Below are positions 1 through 14,159 of a stretch of DNA of 64,000 nt, in pieces. Location of the stretch: the NCBI GenBank assembly GCA_977018835.1, contig OZ361260.1:3162001-3226000 (forward strand), in the 5' to 3' direction. The notes beneath the pieces were generated by a model. That model searched no databases and was not told the DNA's origin. It saw nothing but the letters and a program-made list of their open reading frames with translations. This DNA comes from Minutocellus sp. GHC0000111. Its lineage: Eukaryota. The stretch's first letter is position 1; each line of letters begins with the position of its first letter. A program made the position numbers and the translations under genes.

Positions 1-1052
1 CGCCCCGGGTAGATATTGATAAATCAGTTTGATTCTGGAATGATTTCGAATGGATTCGACGTCTCCCTTGCCACAATAGATGAGCTCAAGAGTGAGGCAT
101 ATGGTAATGATATTCACGACGAGAAGGCCGAGTGTGAAATAGAACTGCAAAAGAACAAAAGAAATGCATGTCCAAAATGTGGAAATGTGGAAACGAAATA
201 AGCTTGATTTGGCTAGACGAATAGGGATACTGGATGTCTTCGCAAGTACAAATGTGTATGCGAAATATCTCCACCGAACGAACCCTCTACGTAGTAGCAA
301 GGACTCACATTATCAGCGCTCGACGGATCACTCATAATGTAGATAGGATCAATATGTATAATGGACAGGCTTACGAAGAGAATTCGCAAAATATTGACGA
401 ACTGATGAAAGTAATCTCCAGTGGCGTACCGAGACTGATACAAAACGCTCTCCTCCCAGGCAATGTAGAGGGAACCAAAAATCGCAACGAAGTACATTAC
501 TCCCTTCTTGTAGAGGTCAGGTTCCAGAGAGGAGGTGAGGAGATTACCTAGATTGTATGCCGCAGCGACGTAGAAGAGATCGTAAAATAAATCGCCCCAC
601 TCCGAATGCTGAAGTGCCACATCATCTCCCCACTTTTGTCTCTGGCGCGGAGGAGAGTAGAATGGACGGCGTTGATATCTCAACTTGCTGCTTTGTCTGC
701 TGCCCCCCACGCACTCGGCCTCCTTCTGATTGAGCTCGAGAAGCATGGCGCTGATCTCCTTTGATTCTAGGACGCTCGTGCCTTGATTCGCAAAGCGACG
801 CACGCGGCTTAGGCCTTCCTCTTCTTGCAACAGGTTGCGACCTCGTTCCAGATCGTCGGTCTTTTCCACCATGCTGCCGCCACCCTCCAAAACACTAAGG
901 GCCACGCTAACAGCATCGGTCAGACGACGCTCTCGCTGTTTCTGCTTCATACGTCTTAGCTCAGCTGTCACTTCATCGTTGGACGAGCCTGTGGTGTCAC
1001 CACCGGAACTTCTCAAGCTGGCGGAGGCGGTTTTGTCGTTCGATAATGACAT
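1..1052 (-). CDS. LtrA (low temperature requirement A)-like membrane protein, 3' end runs off the window; intron about 145-308
   Basis: HSEWGDLFYDLFYVAAAYNLG motif and several hydrophobic helices; GTGAGT donor at 308, polypyrimidine-CAG acceptor at 145; the frame stays open to position 1. Confidence 0.7.
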
Positions 1053-2037
1053 CGGGGGCGGATGCTTCTTTCGCAGCGTACAGTGTAGGGATGATAGCTT
1101 AGGAATTCCTAGCTACGCTGGAAACAGAATAAAACTCACTGTCTTGTGCTAGTAATAAAATCACGCACACTCAACCTCAGAAAACCACCGACATACCAAC
1201 CGATAGAGCACTCTGAGAGGGTTCTCCTGATGTATTTTGAGCCGATGCAATCGAGTTGGTGATAGCAATTAGTTGCCTTGAACATGACCCTTTTTCGCTA
1301 ACTTCGCCTGCGTGAAAAATGGCCACGTCATGGAGAAAGCGAACATAAAATTTATCAGGTTGGAGAAAATTATATGTTTCAGAAAATTGGCGAGAAAAAA
1401 AGATGCTAACAACCGCCTAGTGAAACAGAAAAGGTTCATTGCCCCAACAACCAAGGCAGATAGAGCAATTCTGGAAAAACTTTACTTGAATTGTTTTCTT
1501 GAGGAACAGTCCTGTCGTTGCGACAAAAGAAAAAAATCGTTTCTTTTTGCCGATTTCGAAAAAACACCCCCCCAAAAGGACCGACCGCTTTCCGGCCGTT
1601 TCCAGACTTTGTCGCAACGACCAATCGAAAGAACGCATAAATTTACCTGGGGTAACTCTGTTCGACTTGTGCCGTATCTCTAACCGTTCGGGGGGCAAAG
1701 AGGGTGTCCCACCTCGGCAGTTTCTTTCATTCTCGTTCCAGCGTGTGTGCAGAAAAGTTTGAGTTGGTCCCATTTTGGGTGAGGCGCAGGTCCCGAAAAA
1801 TGGACATTCGTCTTTCCGTCGTCGGATCACTGCATTAAAATGCAGGTTATTCAACAGCATTTTTCCCCTTAAATAAATGACACTTGGATAACTTCTTTGC
1901 CAACAAACTGGACATGTCCCCATTCTTCGACATCTGAAGAGAGGGGACGTAGCAAGACCTGTGGCCAAACTCGCGTTCATGAGCAATAAAGGGGGAAAAT
2001 CAAGCAAAAACCACGGCCACTCGATTTTTGCGAGACC

Positions 2038-5000
2038 ATGACCGACGGAAAGGAAGAGACCAGCAATGGCAAGAAATACTCCCGAAAGGAGTCTAGAGAG
2101 AGGGCGAAGTAGGAAAGACTGCGACAGCAGAGACAGGCTCGGAAGACGCCTGCTGCATCAGCCTCTTCCAACCCTCATTCTTCATCCTCGCCTCCCGGAA
2201 ATAATGACGTGACGACAAGGACGTCGTCCGAACCATCCGCCCCGTCAAACGACGATACCTCCGCTTCGTCCACCGCCGCCCATACTCTCACCAAAGGCCG
2301 ATCGATGCGACCATCGACGCGTAAACGATCTGCTGCTGCCGCTGGCATCGCGAACGATGCGTCCTCATCCTCATCCTCATCGTCGGACCACGAACGCACC
2401 GGCCGCACTACCGGACCGCTCCATCCACCAGCACCACTCCCCGCCGGCGCACAAGCGGATGGTAGACGCCGCACACTTCGCTCATCGCCATTACCACCCA
2501 CTGACACAATGGTGATATCAAGGTCTCAATCGTTCTTAGCTATCCCGCCATCCCTTCCCGACTGTACTGGTACTCCGCATCCGGCAGACACATCCGCCAT
2601 CTCCACGTTCTGTTTTGGTACTTGCGATTGTCCCAGCACATGCGACAAGTGCAGCAACCCATCGCCCAGCACCTTTCCTTCCGCATCGGAACTCTTTCCT
2701 GACGGCCCTCCTCGCGCTCGCGATCCGGTTGGCCCTGGCACTTCCAATGCAACAGCAACAGCTAGCACCGACATGTCTGCTGTGGGCTCTGACCGTGCTG
2801 GTCCACATGCAGCGGCAGATTCTGATGGAGCAGCGGCCGGAGGAGCCATTCTTGCATCATTGGACGGCACTTCTACCGGTATTGATGGCATCGGAAAGAG
2901 CATTGGGGACGTGCTGAAGGGTGTCGAGGTCGGAGCTGCCGGATCAGATGCAGTCGGTCGTTGTTTTCATTTGATGATGACTGCTCTCAAGGATGGAATC
3001 AAGAGTGGTAGCCTAACCGGCGATGCTGCCGCTATAGGCAATGAAATGGTATCTACTATTTCTTCTATGCCTGTAGTATCGAGATTGGGAGCTGCATCAA
3101 GAGAGGAGGAGAGAGCAAAAAGAAGAGGCAACAATCTTCTCGTTCCAACAATAAATTATTCTGCCTTTGATGTCAATCAGCGGAACAATCAGCCGAGGAC
3201 ATCCGCCGATGCCATAAGAAAGGCAAAGGAACGAGCAGCTAATGTAATATTGAATGCTGTCCAAAGCGTTGGCGATGAGCAAGTTCAGGCCTATGCCCTT
3301 CGTTTATTTGCCAACAAGCCGCAAGCAGCTAAAATTGTTCTCGGTTCTGGACTGAAGGTGCCGGATAATACGGAAAAGAAGCTGCAGATGCTCGATAACT
3401 TGACCTCCCACGCATCTGAACTATTCAAGAGTGACGGTGCTGCAAAAGGACGGGTAAATGATGATCAGTCCAGCGCCCTGCAAGTGTTGTACGATGCAAT
3501 AGTTGAGCCATGCAATGCCAATGCTGCCTCTACCGCTACCTCTACCTCGAGCACTCCAAAGCTTACAACAACTGACTACCAGAAGGTGCTTCCAGGGTCA
3601 AGAGCTACGGTTCAGCGGCGAGTAAAGAAATCAAAGGATCGAAAGACAAAGTTCAAAGTAGGAGCAAAAGAAGAAGGGCTAATGTATTCTCGTGTTAAAA
3701 AGAGGAAGGGGTGGAGCAAGGTGTCCAAAGAGCTCCAGAAAAAAGTAGTAGAGTGGCTAAAGAATCATCCCTCAATCGTCGAGTCTCCAACAATAAAAGA
3801 CACTATTCTCGTTCGCGATGCCAACACCGGAGAGAAGGTTCGTGTGCGAAAGAGGTTGATGATGTGCTCTATTCGAGAGCTCTACAACAGCATGTACGAG
3901 GGGCCGCTCAAAATACCGGAGGCTCGTGACGATCGAGGAAGGGAGATAATATCCGACACGAAGTTTCGAGCCATCATCCCGCCCAACTTCGTCGCTATGC
4001 GAGAATCTCACAAGGTAATGTGCGGGTGTGAGTATTGCATTATTATGAAACGGCACCAGGCTTCTCTGAATGCCTATCGTCGTCGTCGCGTAAAGAGAAT
4101 GAAGGACGCTGTTGATAATTTTGGTGAGGTCGCCGAAAATTCTGCGGAGAGAGAGGCCGCGGAAGAGAGGTACCAAAGTTACAAGGCCAAGACGACGAAT
4201 GAGGATGGGAGTCCGACACACCCACATCCAAAGGACGCTTTACTTTGCATCCAATGTGGCAATGTCGAAGGCTTTGAATTTCCTCATTGGAGTTGTGTCT
4301 TGAGACGATGTTCAGATTGCCCTGCCTACGAAGTCATGCCCGAGGAGGCCGGTGAGGCTGCCGACGATGACCGCATAAAGTTTCACACTTACGAGAGTGT
4401 TACTTCATGCCGCTCTCATCCAGAGCAGCAGCTACCTCTACGTAGCAAGTCTTGCCCAAAATGTGATGAACTTATTGAAACTTACGAGCAAAGATTCGGA
4501 GACGATCCTGACAGCAAGGTGCCAAAGCCAAAGGCCGGAAAGATTTCTACAAGAAAATATCTCATGGCTAGATCTGAACCGATTGGAATCTTTATCAAAC
4601 AACACTACCTGAAAGCGCTCGAAAAATATGCTTACCATCGTCACCATGTTCTTATTTTATCGAACTCCCACACCGGCAATGAGAGGAAGGAGGTTTGGAA
4701 GTCCAAGCCCGGTGACGTGCTAACCCACCGAGACTACGCAGAGAGACTCACTGCTGCTCTCAACAATGAGATTATGTCGATGCACTTCGGTGGTAACGCT
4801 ACAGTGTCGATGGAAGGTTGCTCGGTAGAGCACTGGAAGAAGGAAGCTTTGGAAATAATGAAAGAAATGAGTGACGATGAAATCACAGCTCATCTCGAGG
4901 AGATGGGTAGTGTAGATGAGAAGGTAGCCATGCAATTCCACGCTCACCTCGCCGATGACAAGATGCAGAATGCGTACCTAGGTACAGCACAAATCAGCAC

Positions 5001-6383
5001 ATGCAGGTACAAATCAATCATTTACTTCAGTCGGGGGTGTTGAAAATTGGTTCTACTATTTATGATGGCTCTGACGGCTGCACCAAGCAGTATCGTTGTG
5101 CGGTGGTCTTACTCTTTCTCTCTTGGTTGAGCGTCAAGTATAAAATTACTATCGATAGAGCTCTTGGGGCGCCAGGTCACGGAAAAGATCACGTTGATGG
5201 CCTCAATGCAGCCAACAAGGCATATCTCATTGCTCGGATGCGGGACATAATGACCCCTGATGTAGACTGTGATGCCATTTATGCTGACCGGAAGATGGAG
5301 CCACAGTTGTATCAAGATGGCCAGCACAAAAGCCTCGCGGTGGAAATGCAGCGCCTGCTAGACCAGCCTGACAGGAAAGATGGTGTCAAAACTGTGGGCA
5401 ACAAGAGACGGAAGCGAGAAGCAGATGAAGTGAGAATAAGTGAAAGGCACAACCACGTTCGAACGTCAGAAGATGTCAAGCACCAAAGTGTATTTGCAGC
5501 AATATCACCTCCTCTTGCTGTCCGCAACAAAGAATACACCGGAATCCGCGCTCACTACAATTTGCTCACCTCTTGGGAACTCGGAACAAACAAGGCCGCA
5601 GTGCGATTGATTCCTTGTGCATGCGATGGGTGTGTACAGCAGTCGAGGGAGAAGTGGATGAGCGATGGGAGGAAAGACGAGGAGCAGCCGAGATTCAAGC
5701 AGAATAAAGAATGCAAATATTGGAAGATATTTGAGGGATTGAATGATTGGAAAATAACATCAGTCCAAACAACAAACAAATCAGACCCCGATGAAATAGA
5801 TGATCTCAAGGAAGATACCCTTGAAACGGTTTCATCTCGAGAAGCAGGCCTGATTGAGGTCGGTGGGTATGGCGCGGTAGATGTAAATGACGATCCAGAG
5901 TATGACTACTATTTGGTGAGATGGGATGGATTGCCGTATGCAGATCAAGAAACGGGGGAAATGATGTGCGATGGCACTTACCTGTACAGAGTAGACGGAG
6001 CGCGATACTGGTGGTATCATCCGGAGGAAACTTTGGCAGCTCGGGCAAGGGCTACATTTTATGTATCCCATGTTCTGGCAGGCGACATCAAAATGCTACC
6101 AATATCTGATGACAACAATCTCAATCGACAGAGCTTGAATCCTGACCATCGCAACAAAGTGCTTACTCTAGATCCTCGGTATCTCGGGGAGGAAGCCCAT
6201 TCTCAAATCCTCGAAGAGATTGAGAGAAGAGGGTGCATGAATCGCACTATTACCTATGATGACGATGAGGGCGGGGATAGCGATAGAGAAGAGGAAGAAA
6301 CCGGATTAGATGGTGATGATGAAGAGTTGGCCATTGATGATTCATCAGATGAAGAGGGGGACGAGGATGAAGAGGAGCAATGA
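2038..6383 (+). pseudogene. Large DDD-type transposase, Sola2-like, disrupted by an in-frame TAG at 2110-2112 and an 8-bp insertion at about 4977-4984
   Basis: Motifs RDYAE..EIMSMHF, ADDKMQNA, SDGCTKQYRC and APGHGKDHVDG, plus Cys-rich clusters. ORFs 2209-5043 and 5001-6383 join in frame if 8 nt are removed. Superfamily assigned from motif memory; no TIRs identified. Confidence 0.65.
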
Positions 6384-7260
6384 ATGTACACATAAATATT
6401 TGGGCACATATTTAACACGTACCACTTACCAATTCTTCCATCAAGGCGGTTGATTGTTGATTCGTACGGCACATGTACATGTACATGTACCAATGTGCCA
6501 ATTTGCATCCTGTGCTTCATCCCTCTCTCCTCTACATGTGCCAATCATTCTGTCTCATTCTCCTCTGAATAAAAATAAAGAACGACCAGCTCGTCCCAGA
6601 AAATTCTGGGATGGGCTGGTCCCTTCGAAAAGTATTCCCTGACAGATGTCATTCCAGCTGTTCGCGCTGGTCGGTGGCAAAAATAAATGATGCCGCGTCT
6701 GTTTTATGGACCGAAGAGAGCGCAACTCCTCATCTCTACTGAGAGAGTTGATGCGAGCCGATGAATGGCGCCATCGTTTCGTTTTGGAGATGAGGGATGA
6801 TCGACCTCGATCAGGTTATGAGTCAAGATGAGAGATCTCTTCTCAGGGAATTCTCGGGGTTGATGGCAATGATGGTCGGTGAAGTCGGCGATTTTAAATC
6901 AGTCGAGTGAATCAAACCAAAAGATTAGAGGATCTTTTTGACAATTATTCGGGGTGTGAATGTCCATGAGTGCCTCACCTAACCGGACCAACTCGTTTCT
7001 CGAGACGCTGATGATGATCTGCAGACGCAAAGCTTTGAGAGACGACTCTGGTGGCATACCTTCCAGTCAAGTCAGACAAGCTATCACGTCGTAGCTGCGT
7101 AGAAAGTTATGAATTGTCGCCCTGAGCACGCACGGCCAGCTTCGGTGCGGCGAGACGGTCCGTTAGCGCTTTCTGCTTGCGCTTTGAGACAGCCGCCAGG
7201 CAGGAAGGGTCCAATAGGTCATGAGCTCAAGGTTACAGTAGTACGAACTGTACGTACGTA

Positions 7261-10200
7261 CCTTTCGAGTTCAGAGGATTTGAAAGTGACGTGATGATGA
7301 CGTATTAGAAACACGACCACACCAGACCAAAAATCCAAGCTCACTTTTTCTAACTCCGAGGAATAAATGACGGCCAAGATGGAAGTCGGGGCAAGAGCCA
7401 AGTTATGGTCACCAACTTCTACATATAGTCGAGAGATATTGTGCACCAGAACCAATAAATGTACATTATGTGATGATTTTTTTCGACATTTGCATTCATT
7501 CCTCACCCCGGGAAAAAACACATTTTTTTTGGAAGCACCAAATGTCAAAATGTAATGAGTAGAAATGGACATGCTATGATAAGTTATAGCAAATCAATGA
7601 CTCCATCGTCTTCATCATTTTCATCTATGTCGTCCTCAATGTCATCATCTTCGCCGGGAGCATCAATTGGCCAGAGTGGTTCACCATCCTCTTCAGCTTC
7701 TTCCTCGACAATTTTGCGAGACCAGCCTTTCCCCGTCTGGTCTCCACAAGATTGTTACCGCCACGACTTCTCTTGATGTTGTTATATATCACTGGAAGTT
7801 TTCCAAATACATTGAGAAAGGCCTCTTTTGATGCGACATTGGCCCACATACTTTCATCACAGTCTTGTCAAGAGCATTCGCATCATTCTTCTGACCGCGA
7901 TGCTCCTCCTTTTCGACGGCCGACTGCAAAGACATCCAGATGCCGAGATCAAGAACATTTGTCTCGGGCGACCGAGGAACCTGCTGGATTATCTCAATCT
8001 TATGTTTGTTTTTGAGGTCCTCGGTGTACTTCTCAACTGCTTCATTGGACCCATGACCGCCGGCATTGTCCATCATAAGATGTGTAACATCAGACTCCTG
8101 AACATTTTGTGGATCCCACTTCACCCAATGATGTGCGTCTCGAATCGCCTTCCCGACCTCATTCACAGTCTCCAACATCCATTTGGAGTCGCAGCTACAG
8201 TCCTTGGTAACCTTATCGCCCCGTTGATACCGCACCCCGAGCTCAAGGTCGTCGATCTCAACCTTCACCTTCTCTCCATTGCTGTCAGGAGTGTGTCGCT
8301 TGAGACTCGAGATCTTTTGATTGTAGCCAACAGCGGCATGCTTGCGACTTTTTGCCTGACCGTCGGATTTATAGTCCTCGTATTGAAGTTCCAATCGCTC
8401 TGTAACAAACTCAGAAAGGCCGTAGATTTCGGCAATGTGGTCGCAAAGATGGCCGGCGGTCATGTCAGCATTCTCGTCGTAAATGTCGCGCCAATCTTTG
8501 TCATTTTTTAGCGCATCGTTGACCTTAGCATCTGGAGAGAAATTCTGATTACGCGCAAGCTTTTCCACCTTCTGCTCCCTGGCGACTCTCTTGATCATGA
8601 TGCGCTTCATTGGTCGGCCAACAACTCCAAGACACATAACTTTGACAGGGTGTCTTCTGGATCGAATTTTCGGGCTTGCCTCGGAAGCATGGACAGACGC
8701 GAGGTTCTGACCACTTAGTTCTTCGTCAGAAAGTGGCAACATCTTGCTTTCGTCGCCGAGTAGCAGTGTAAAACCACTTTTCATCAAGATGCGCTACAGG
8801 AATGTTGGGATCGGTCGTAATGTCCTCCCACTTTTCGATCCAATCAAGTCGCTTCCTACAACATTCGGGGGGTGAGCCTCGGCTTCTCGATCGACGACTT
8901 CTCCTTGCCGCCTTGCTTTTTCCACCAGCGAAAAAGCTGAAGACGATGGAGACTAATTGTCAGCCTATCTTCATCTGGAGTAGCTGATTTTGCGCTCATG
9001 CAGTCAGCTAGCTCCTTAAAGGTTGCCATCGCACCCTTCATCCGAGCAGCACACCGACACAGAGCTCGCGGAGATTTCCTGGCTCCTTCTCCTCGATCAT
9101 GTCCGTGCATGCCTTCCTTCCACGAACCTCCTTTCTGCCGATGGGATTGCTGATGCCATCAGTAAGGCTTTTGTAGAGCTGGTCTCTCCACTTGTAAAGC
9201 TGAGAACCACCGGTTGACTTGGCATGACCGTGATCGCACGCAACTTGCCGACACGCGGCAGTTGCAATTTGTTGCCGGTCTTCATGCGTGCGAGTTGGGT
9301 CGCCGCATCCCCACCAATCCGCGAGAGCCACGGCGCTGAACCGCATTCTTTCATTCGCCTGCTTTTCTTTTCTTTTCTGATTGGTGTTGGTTCGGTGAAG
9401 GTTGCATTGGGACGAGGAGGACGGAGCATGTCATCGTTGGCCATCCGAACAACAAAGTCGAGGCCGAGAGCGACCTTTACCTGTTCATCAATGTCACTGG
9501 AGGTGGCACAGACAACGGAAGTATCGGCTCCTCCTAAACCTTCATCATTGGGGGAGGCTGCAGCTGCTTCAGTGGCGGAAGCATCACCAGTTCCCTTCAG
9601 CATGCTGAGGAGACTTGCTGGCATCCAACCCAGTTTCTTGGCCTCGTCGACTAGTGATTTTACTCTTGCTTCGCAACGCGCTGACTGCACCTCCTTTCTG
9701 TGAGCTGACAACCTCTCACCTAGCTTAGTAGCTAAGACAGTCGAGCGCCCAGAGAACAGAACTTCATCGGGATTTCTTTTCTCGTGCACCTTCTTTCCCT
9801 CCGGTCCAGAGAATTTAGGGTGGTTGTCCTCCTTCTTTTTACGCAACCTGTGAGCACAAACATAAAGCGCCCTGCGTCTTGTCTTCCCTCTCGGCCGACA
9901 CGTCGACAAGTGCAACTTCAAACTACAATGCTCCTTGAGATGTTGCTGCATATCCTTCCATTTTTCCTCGTTGTACTGTAGCTCATACTTTCCTCCACCG
10001 ACGGACTTGGAACGCAACAAGTCGGCCTCGATGAAAGCAGGGAGGACGTCTTCCCATTTCTGCCGAGAACCAACACAAATGTCATCTTTGCCGCAGGAAT
10101 CGGGGGTTACTCTCCACCACAGATCCTTACCAGCCCTTCGAATGACATCTGCTGCAAGGAGAAAGGCCATGGGGATAGGAGGAGGGGCCGTCCTCTTCTT

Positions 10201-10688
10201 CGCCGACGACGGTGACGGTTTGGCGGGCGAATTTTTGACCGTGGCCGCTTCTTCGACGTGTTTGCGCTCGGCGATGGTGTTTTCGGCTCAGCTGCCGCCT
10301 TTGCCGCCTTCCTGGATGCCTTGGTGTTGCCTCTCTTGCTCCCTGAGAACGAAGTTCTGCTGCGTTTGTATTTTTTGGGCGTGGTCTGGTTGGTCGTCGT
10401 CATCGTCACAAAATTTGCGGGTTGCGGTGAGGGTGTGCGGGGGACCAAAAAACACATGTGTTCCTGCCAGAATCTACTGGACCTGCGAATTCAGTGGATA
10501 CTACTGGTCGGTGGCAACCTACTGAATGAGCAGGTCCAGTAGATATCCACGAGTTGAGGAGTATTTGCGTTCCTCCCGAAGAGAACATCGACTAACAAAA
10601 CACGTGGTGGGAAATGAGAAATGGGTGCAAGAATGACCTTTTTAGGGGTTATTGGTATACCCTCTACAAATCCTCTGAAACCGAAAGG
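7261..10688 (-). mobile_element. Tc1/mariner DNA transposon, DD39D type, with frameshifted transposase (about 7570-10400)
   Basis: 22-bp TIRs CCTTTCG(AG/GT)TTCAGAGGATTTG at 7261-7282 and 10667-10688, flanked by TA on both sides. HLDEKWFY motif near 8790; MDNAGGHG...QVPRSPETNVLDLG has 39 residues between the 2nd and 3rd D. Confidence 0.9.
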
Positions 10689-11562
10689 TACATGCACAGT
10701 GCACACGGACTCACTCCTCGAGCAAGGTGCTTGTCTCACACGCTATCTGAGCTAGATCTACTGTACATGCACGCATCAGTGCTAATTCACACCGTCATCT
10801 TCGTCTTGGCGTACCGTAATGTGTACCGGTACTCGAACTAATCTTAGAAATCACATGTACCGTACTTTTTCCTAGACTGAACTTACAAAAACGCAGCGCC
10901 GCCACGTGACTTTCCCACAGTCCTCAGATTTTCGAAAACTCAGCTCACCGGATTTGAGCTCCTCTCGACGAGCTGCTGAATCCAGTGAGCTATCAATCAC
11001 CACTCAAAAATATATTCCGCATTTTACTACATGTAGTAGAAGTAGATCTGTGGGAGGCAATACTTTTACGGGGGGAAGTTAGTGCTTGTTTCTTACCGGT
11101 AATTTGGCAGTTTCAGAATCCGTCCGGCGATGCCGAAAAATCGAAGCACCCCCAAACTCATCGACGACATGGAATTTTTCCGCCGTTCAAAATTTTCTCT
11201 TGTTCTAGATCTACTCACCAAAAGCTACCCAAAACCGTGCCATTTGATACGATTTGACGAATAGATCTAGGATTCCTGTTTGTATTTTTATAGCGTTTCC
11301 TGTTTTCAATTTATTTCTTAATCCGACAATTACTCTACCGGTATTTGACGGGTCCATCCAATACATCAGGAGTACATGTACGAGTAGATGTAGTCTACAA
11401 AAACCACGCAGAGATCTACGCTACGTCGTAGATCTACTAGTCTAGTACTGGAAAAACGATTTCGACATACTGGGATGAGAATCTTCAGAATTTCAACATA
11501 ACGATATGAGATCTTCTAGACACTGCCATTGTACACAAATCTCGGTGGCTCTCTAGATCTAG

Positions 11563-11862
11563 CTAGATCTGCCCGGCACGCTTCTCCTCGAGCTTGGCCA
11601 TCTTGCCCGTCTCGACGAATTCATGGATCTTCAAGAGAGAGAGAGAGAGAGAAGGTATGCGTGTCAGCGACAATTTGAAGATGAATTTATGAACACAAGG
11701 TTCCCATGGAAATCCTTACCTTGTCTGCGCTGCCTTTCCCAATACCAGCAACTTTCGTCTTTCCTTTCCCCAGTCCCTTGGCATTGTCGGGAGTGATCTC
11801 ATAGTCGAGGTCTTTGATGGCATTGGCGACCTTGGTGTACGTGCCTCCTGTGAGAGATAACA

Positions 11863-11893
<31 letters not shown>

Positions 11894-13786
11894 GGTCGAA
11901 GAATGAGAAAATAGCAATAAGACCGCACAGTTTACTCCTTTCCAACATGGTAAATATAACTTACCAGCATTTGCGTTCCCTTCCTTGAAGTAAAGAGACG
12001 ACAGTTCCATGATGGCCTCGAGGACGGGCGCGTTCGCAGGACAGGCGCAAATGGTAGTAGCGGTTTTGGCCTTGACCTTGGACTGTTCTTCGTTCACTGC
12101 CTTTAGACCATACTCGTCAATGATGGCCTCGAGGACCTCGTCCTTGCTCGAGTTGGAGTGCATCATCAAAATCCGGCCGATTGCCATTCTAGCCTTTGCC
12201 TCATCGTCGGGGATGTCGACGATCCCCGTGATGGCAGCAACGAGATCACTAGAGGCCTTCTTCTTACCCGGCCCAGAGGACAGATCGAACTCATCGATCC
12301 CACTGACGAGTTTGGCGACAATGGATTTGGCATCCTTCCCAACGGCGACGGCCTCGGCGGATCCAGCCTTCGAAGCCTCCCACTGGGCTTCCATCTCCTC
12401 TTTCTCTTCCTCCGTCGGTTCCTCCGTGTAGAACGGCTGCAGGCGAGGAGCCTCAGCGGCGGGGGCCTTGTAGAAACAAGACTGCCGGACCTGCAACTCT
12501 TCATCGAAATAACCGCTGCAGAAAACAGTGGCTAAAAGGAGAGAGTGCAAATGGAAGAGTACGAATGGGAAATCGAAAGGATGAGAACGCACGAGAAAAG
12601 CTACAAGAAAGCAAAGGCGACGGTATCGAACTAATTCCAATGCGCGTTGTGTTGTAGTTAAGCATCAAAGTACGATCGCACTCACCACCGCCGTCCTCCT
12701 CGGTGAGCTTGATCCGGCCTCGGAGGCAAGAGGGACAACGGCCGAGACGACCATTGAGCTTTGCATCAATGATCCGGGCTAGGAGGGTATCCTTGTTGCC
12801 ACCTACAATCTGCTTGTTCCAACGGAGAATGTCCTTGAGCTCGTCAACCTTCTTGGACGAAAACATGCTCAGGATTTCGGCCTTGGCGCGCTCCGTTTCA
12901 GAGATTTCGGTCTTGATCTTCTTGGACTTGGGTCCATCTTCATCCTCCTGGGCGATGAGCTCTGCCGTGCGCTTGATCTTGTCAATGACATCCGAGGCGC
13001 CCTGGGGAAGTGTCTCACCGGTCTCGGCGTCGACCTTCTTCCGGCAACCCTTCTGCTCGAGGAGGGCGATGATTTCGGCGGCCTTCTCCTCGTCGTTGAG
13101 GATGCCCTCATCTGTATTATCCTCGAGAATCCCCTCTACGAAGCTCTGAACAGTCTCACCCTCCGACTTCAGCTTCCTTGGAAAGGGAAAGCACTCCACA
13201 TGGTACCACTTCTACATACAGCATGTATTGGACCAGGAAAAGGAGGAAATATGAATGGTACGAGTATGGTATTGGTGTTGGCAGAGATCCGATCAAAATA
13301 ATATTCGCAGCAACTAAATAAAGTAAATCCAATCCTCCACCTGACTTACTGTGATGTCGTAATCTCCAGGACCGGGGGCAGAGGACCCGATGCGAAGCTG
13401 GAATCGAAAATACCGGTAGAGTGGGAAGAGGAGGAAATATTAGTACTGCGAGTAGTAGCAATGTTTAAGGCCAGCAGTACAATACGAGCTCGTGCATACC
13501 ACAGAAGTATCTTTGCCCGCACCGCACCACCGCACCACCGCACGTCCCCACCATGCATACCACCGAGAAGTATCTTTGTCCGCACCGCACTACACACCGT
13601 GCCCCACACCGCACCACGCATGGCGCGGGAGCCAGCCGCACCTCTCCGAAACAGGCGCCCTCCCGCCAAACTCAATTATAGAAACACAAAACGTACCTCG
13701 CCCTTGTCGATCTTCTGCCCGCAGGCCTTGGTCTTGCAGCTGCTGCGGCCGCTCTTGGCGTGCTCGATACTGTAGGTCGTCGGCAT
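11563..13786 (-). CDS. Multi-exon DNA-break-sensor-like protein: PARP-type zinc finger + PADR1-like Zn domain + PolX N-terminal helix-hairpin-helix (HHH_8-like) domain
   Basis: YSIEHAKSGRSSCK..CGQKIDKGE(L)RIG...KWYHVECF; LKDILRWNKQIVGGNKDTLLARIID..GRLGRCPSC; VAGIGKGSADKIHEFVETGKMAKLEE; canonical GT-AG introns. Confidence 0.8.
13494..13625. repeat. Imperfect tandem duplication (about 60 bp x2) in intron 1
   Basis: GCATACCAC(C)..AGAAGTATCTTTG.CCGCACCGCAC occurs twice. Confidence 0.7.
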
Positions 13787-14159
13787 TTTGCGTGGAGTTC
13801 GAGTTGGAAAAATGAGGCAGCTGCTGACTGCCTTGCATCCTCGATCTCGCTGAGAGTTCGTTTCCGGGTTACTTTTAACGAACTTGAGTCGAGTGAGTCG
13901 CGCGGCATAGCGTACCCTACCCATTCTAATTCTCAATTCAATGGGTCTTCCCATTGGTGTACATGTACCGGTACACATGTAGATATCATGATGAGCCAAA
14001 CTCATGTAGATCTATCACACACGTTTTTATTTCCTTTTACAATTCCGTTCTAATTCCTACACATACGACAACTGGATATCCGCATTAATTCTCGTGATGC
14101 AATGGGGTTTCTGCCCTGCCCTGTCGGAATCCTAGATCTACTATAAACCCACTCGATGA

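Noticed and set aside
1200..2030. Left terminus/TIR of the Sola2-like element
   Set aside because: TE-like AT-tract sequence, but I found no convincing inverted match or TSD at 6400-7250
10860..11350. Possible non-autonomous element
   Set aside because: Looks like subterminal TE sequence, but no TIR pair or TSD could be identified
11634..11890. (GA)n and (GAAA)n microsatellites
   Set aside because: Ordinary intronic polypyrimidine tracts on the coding strand
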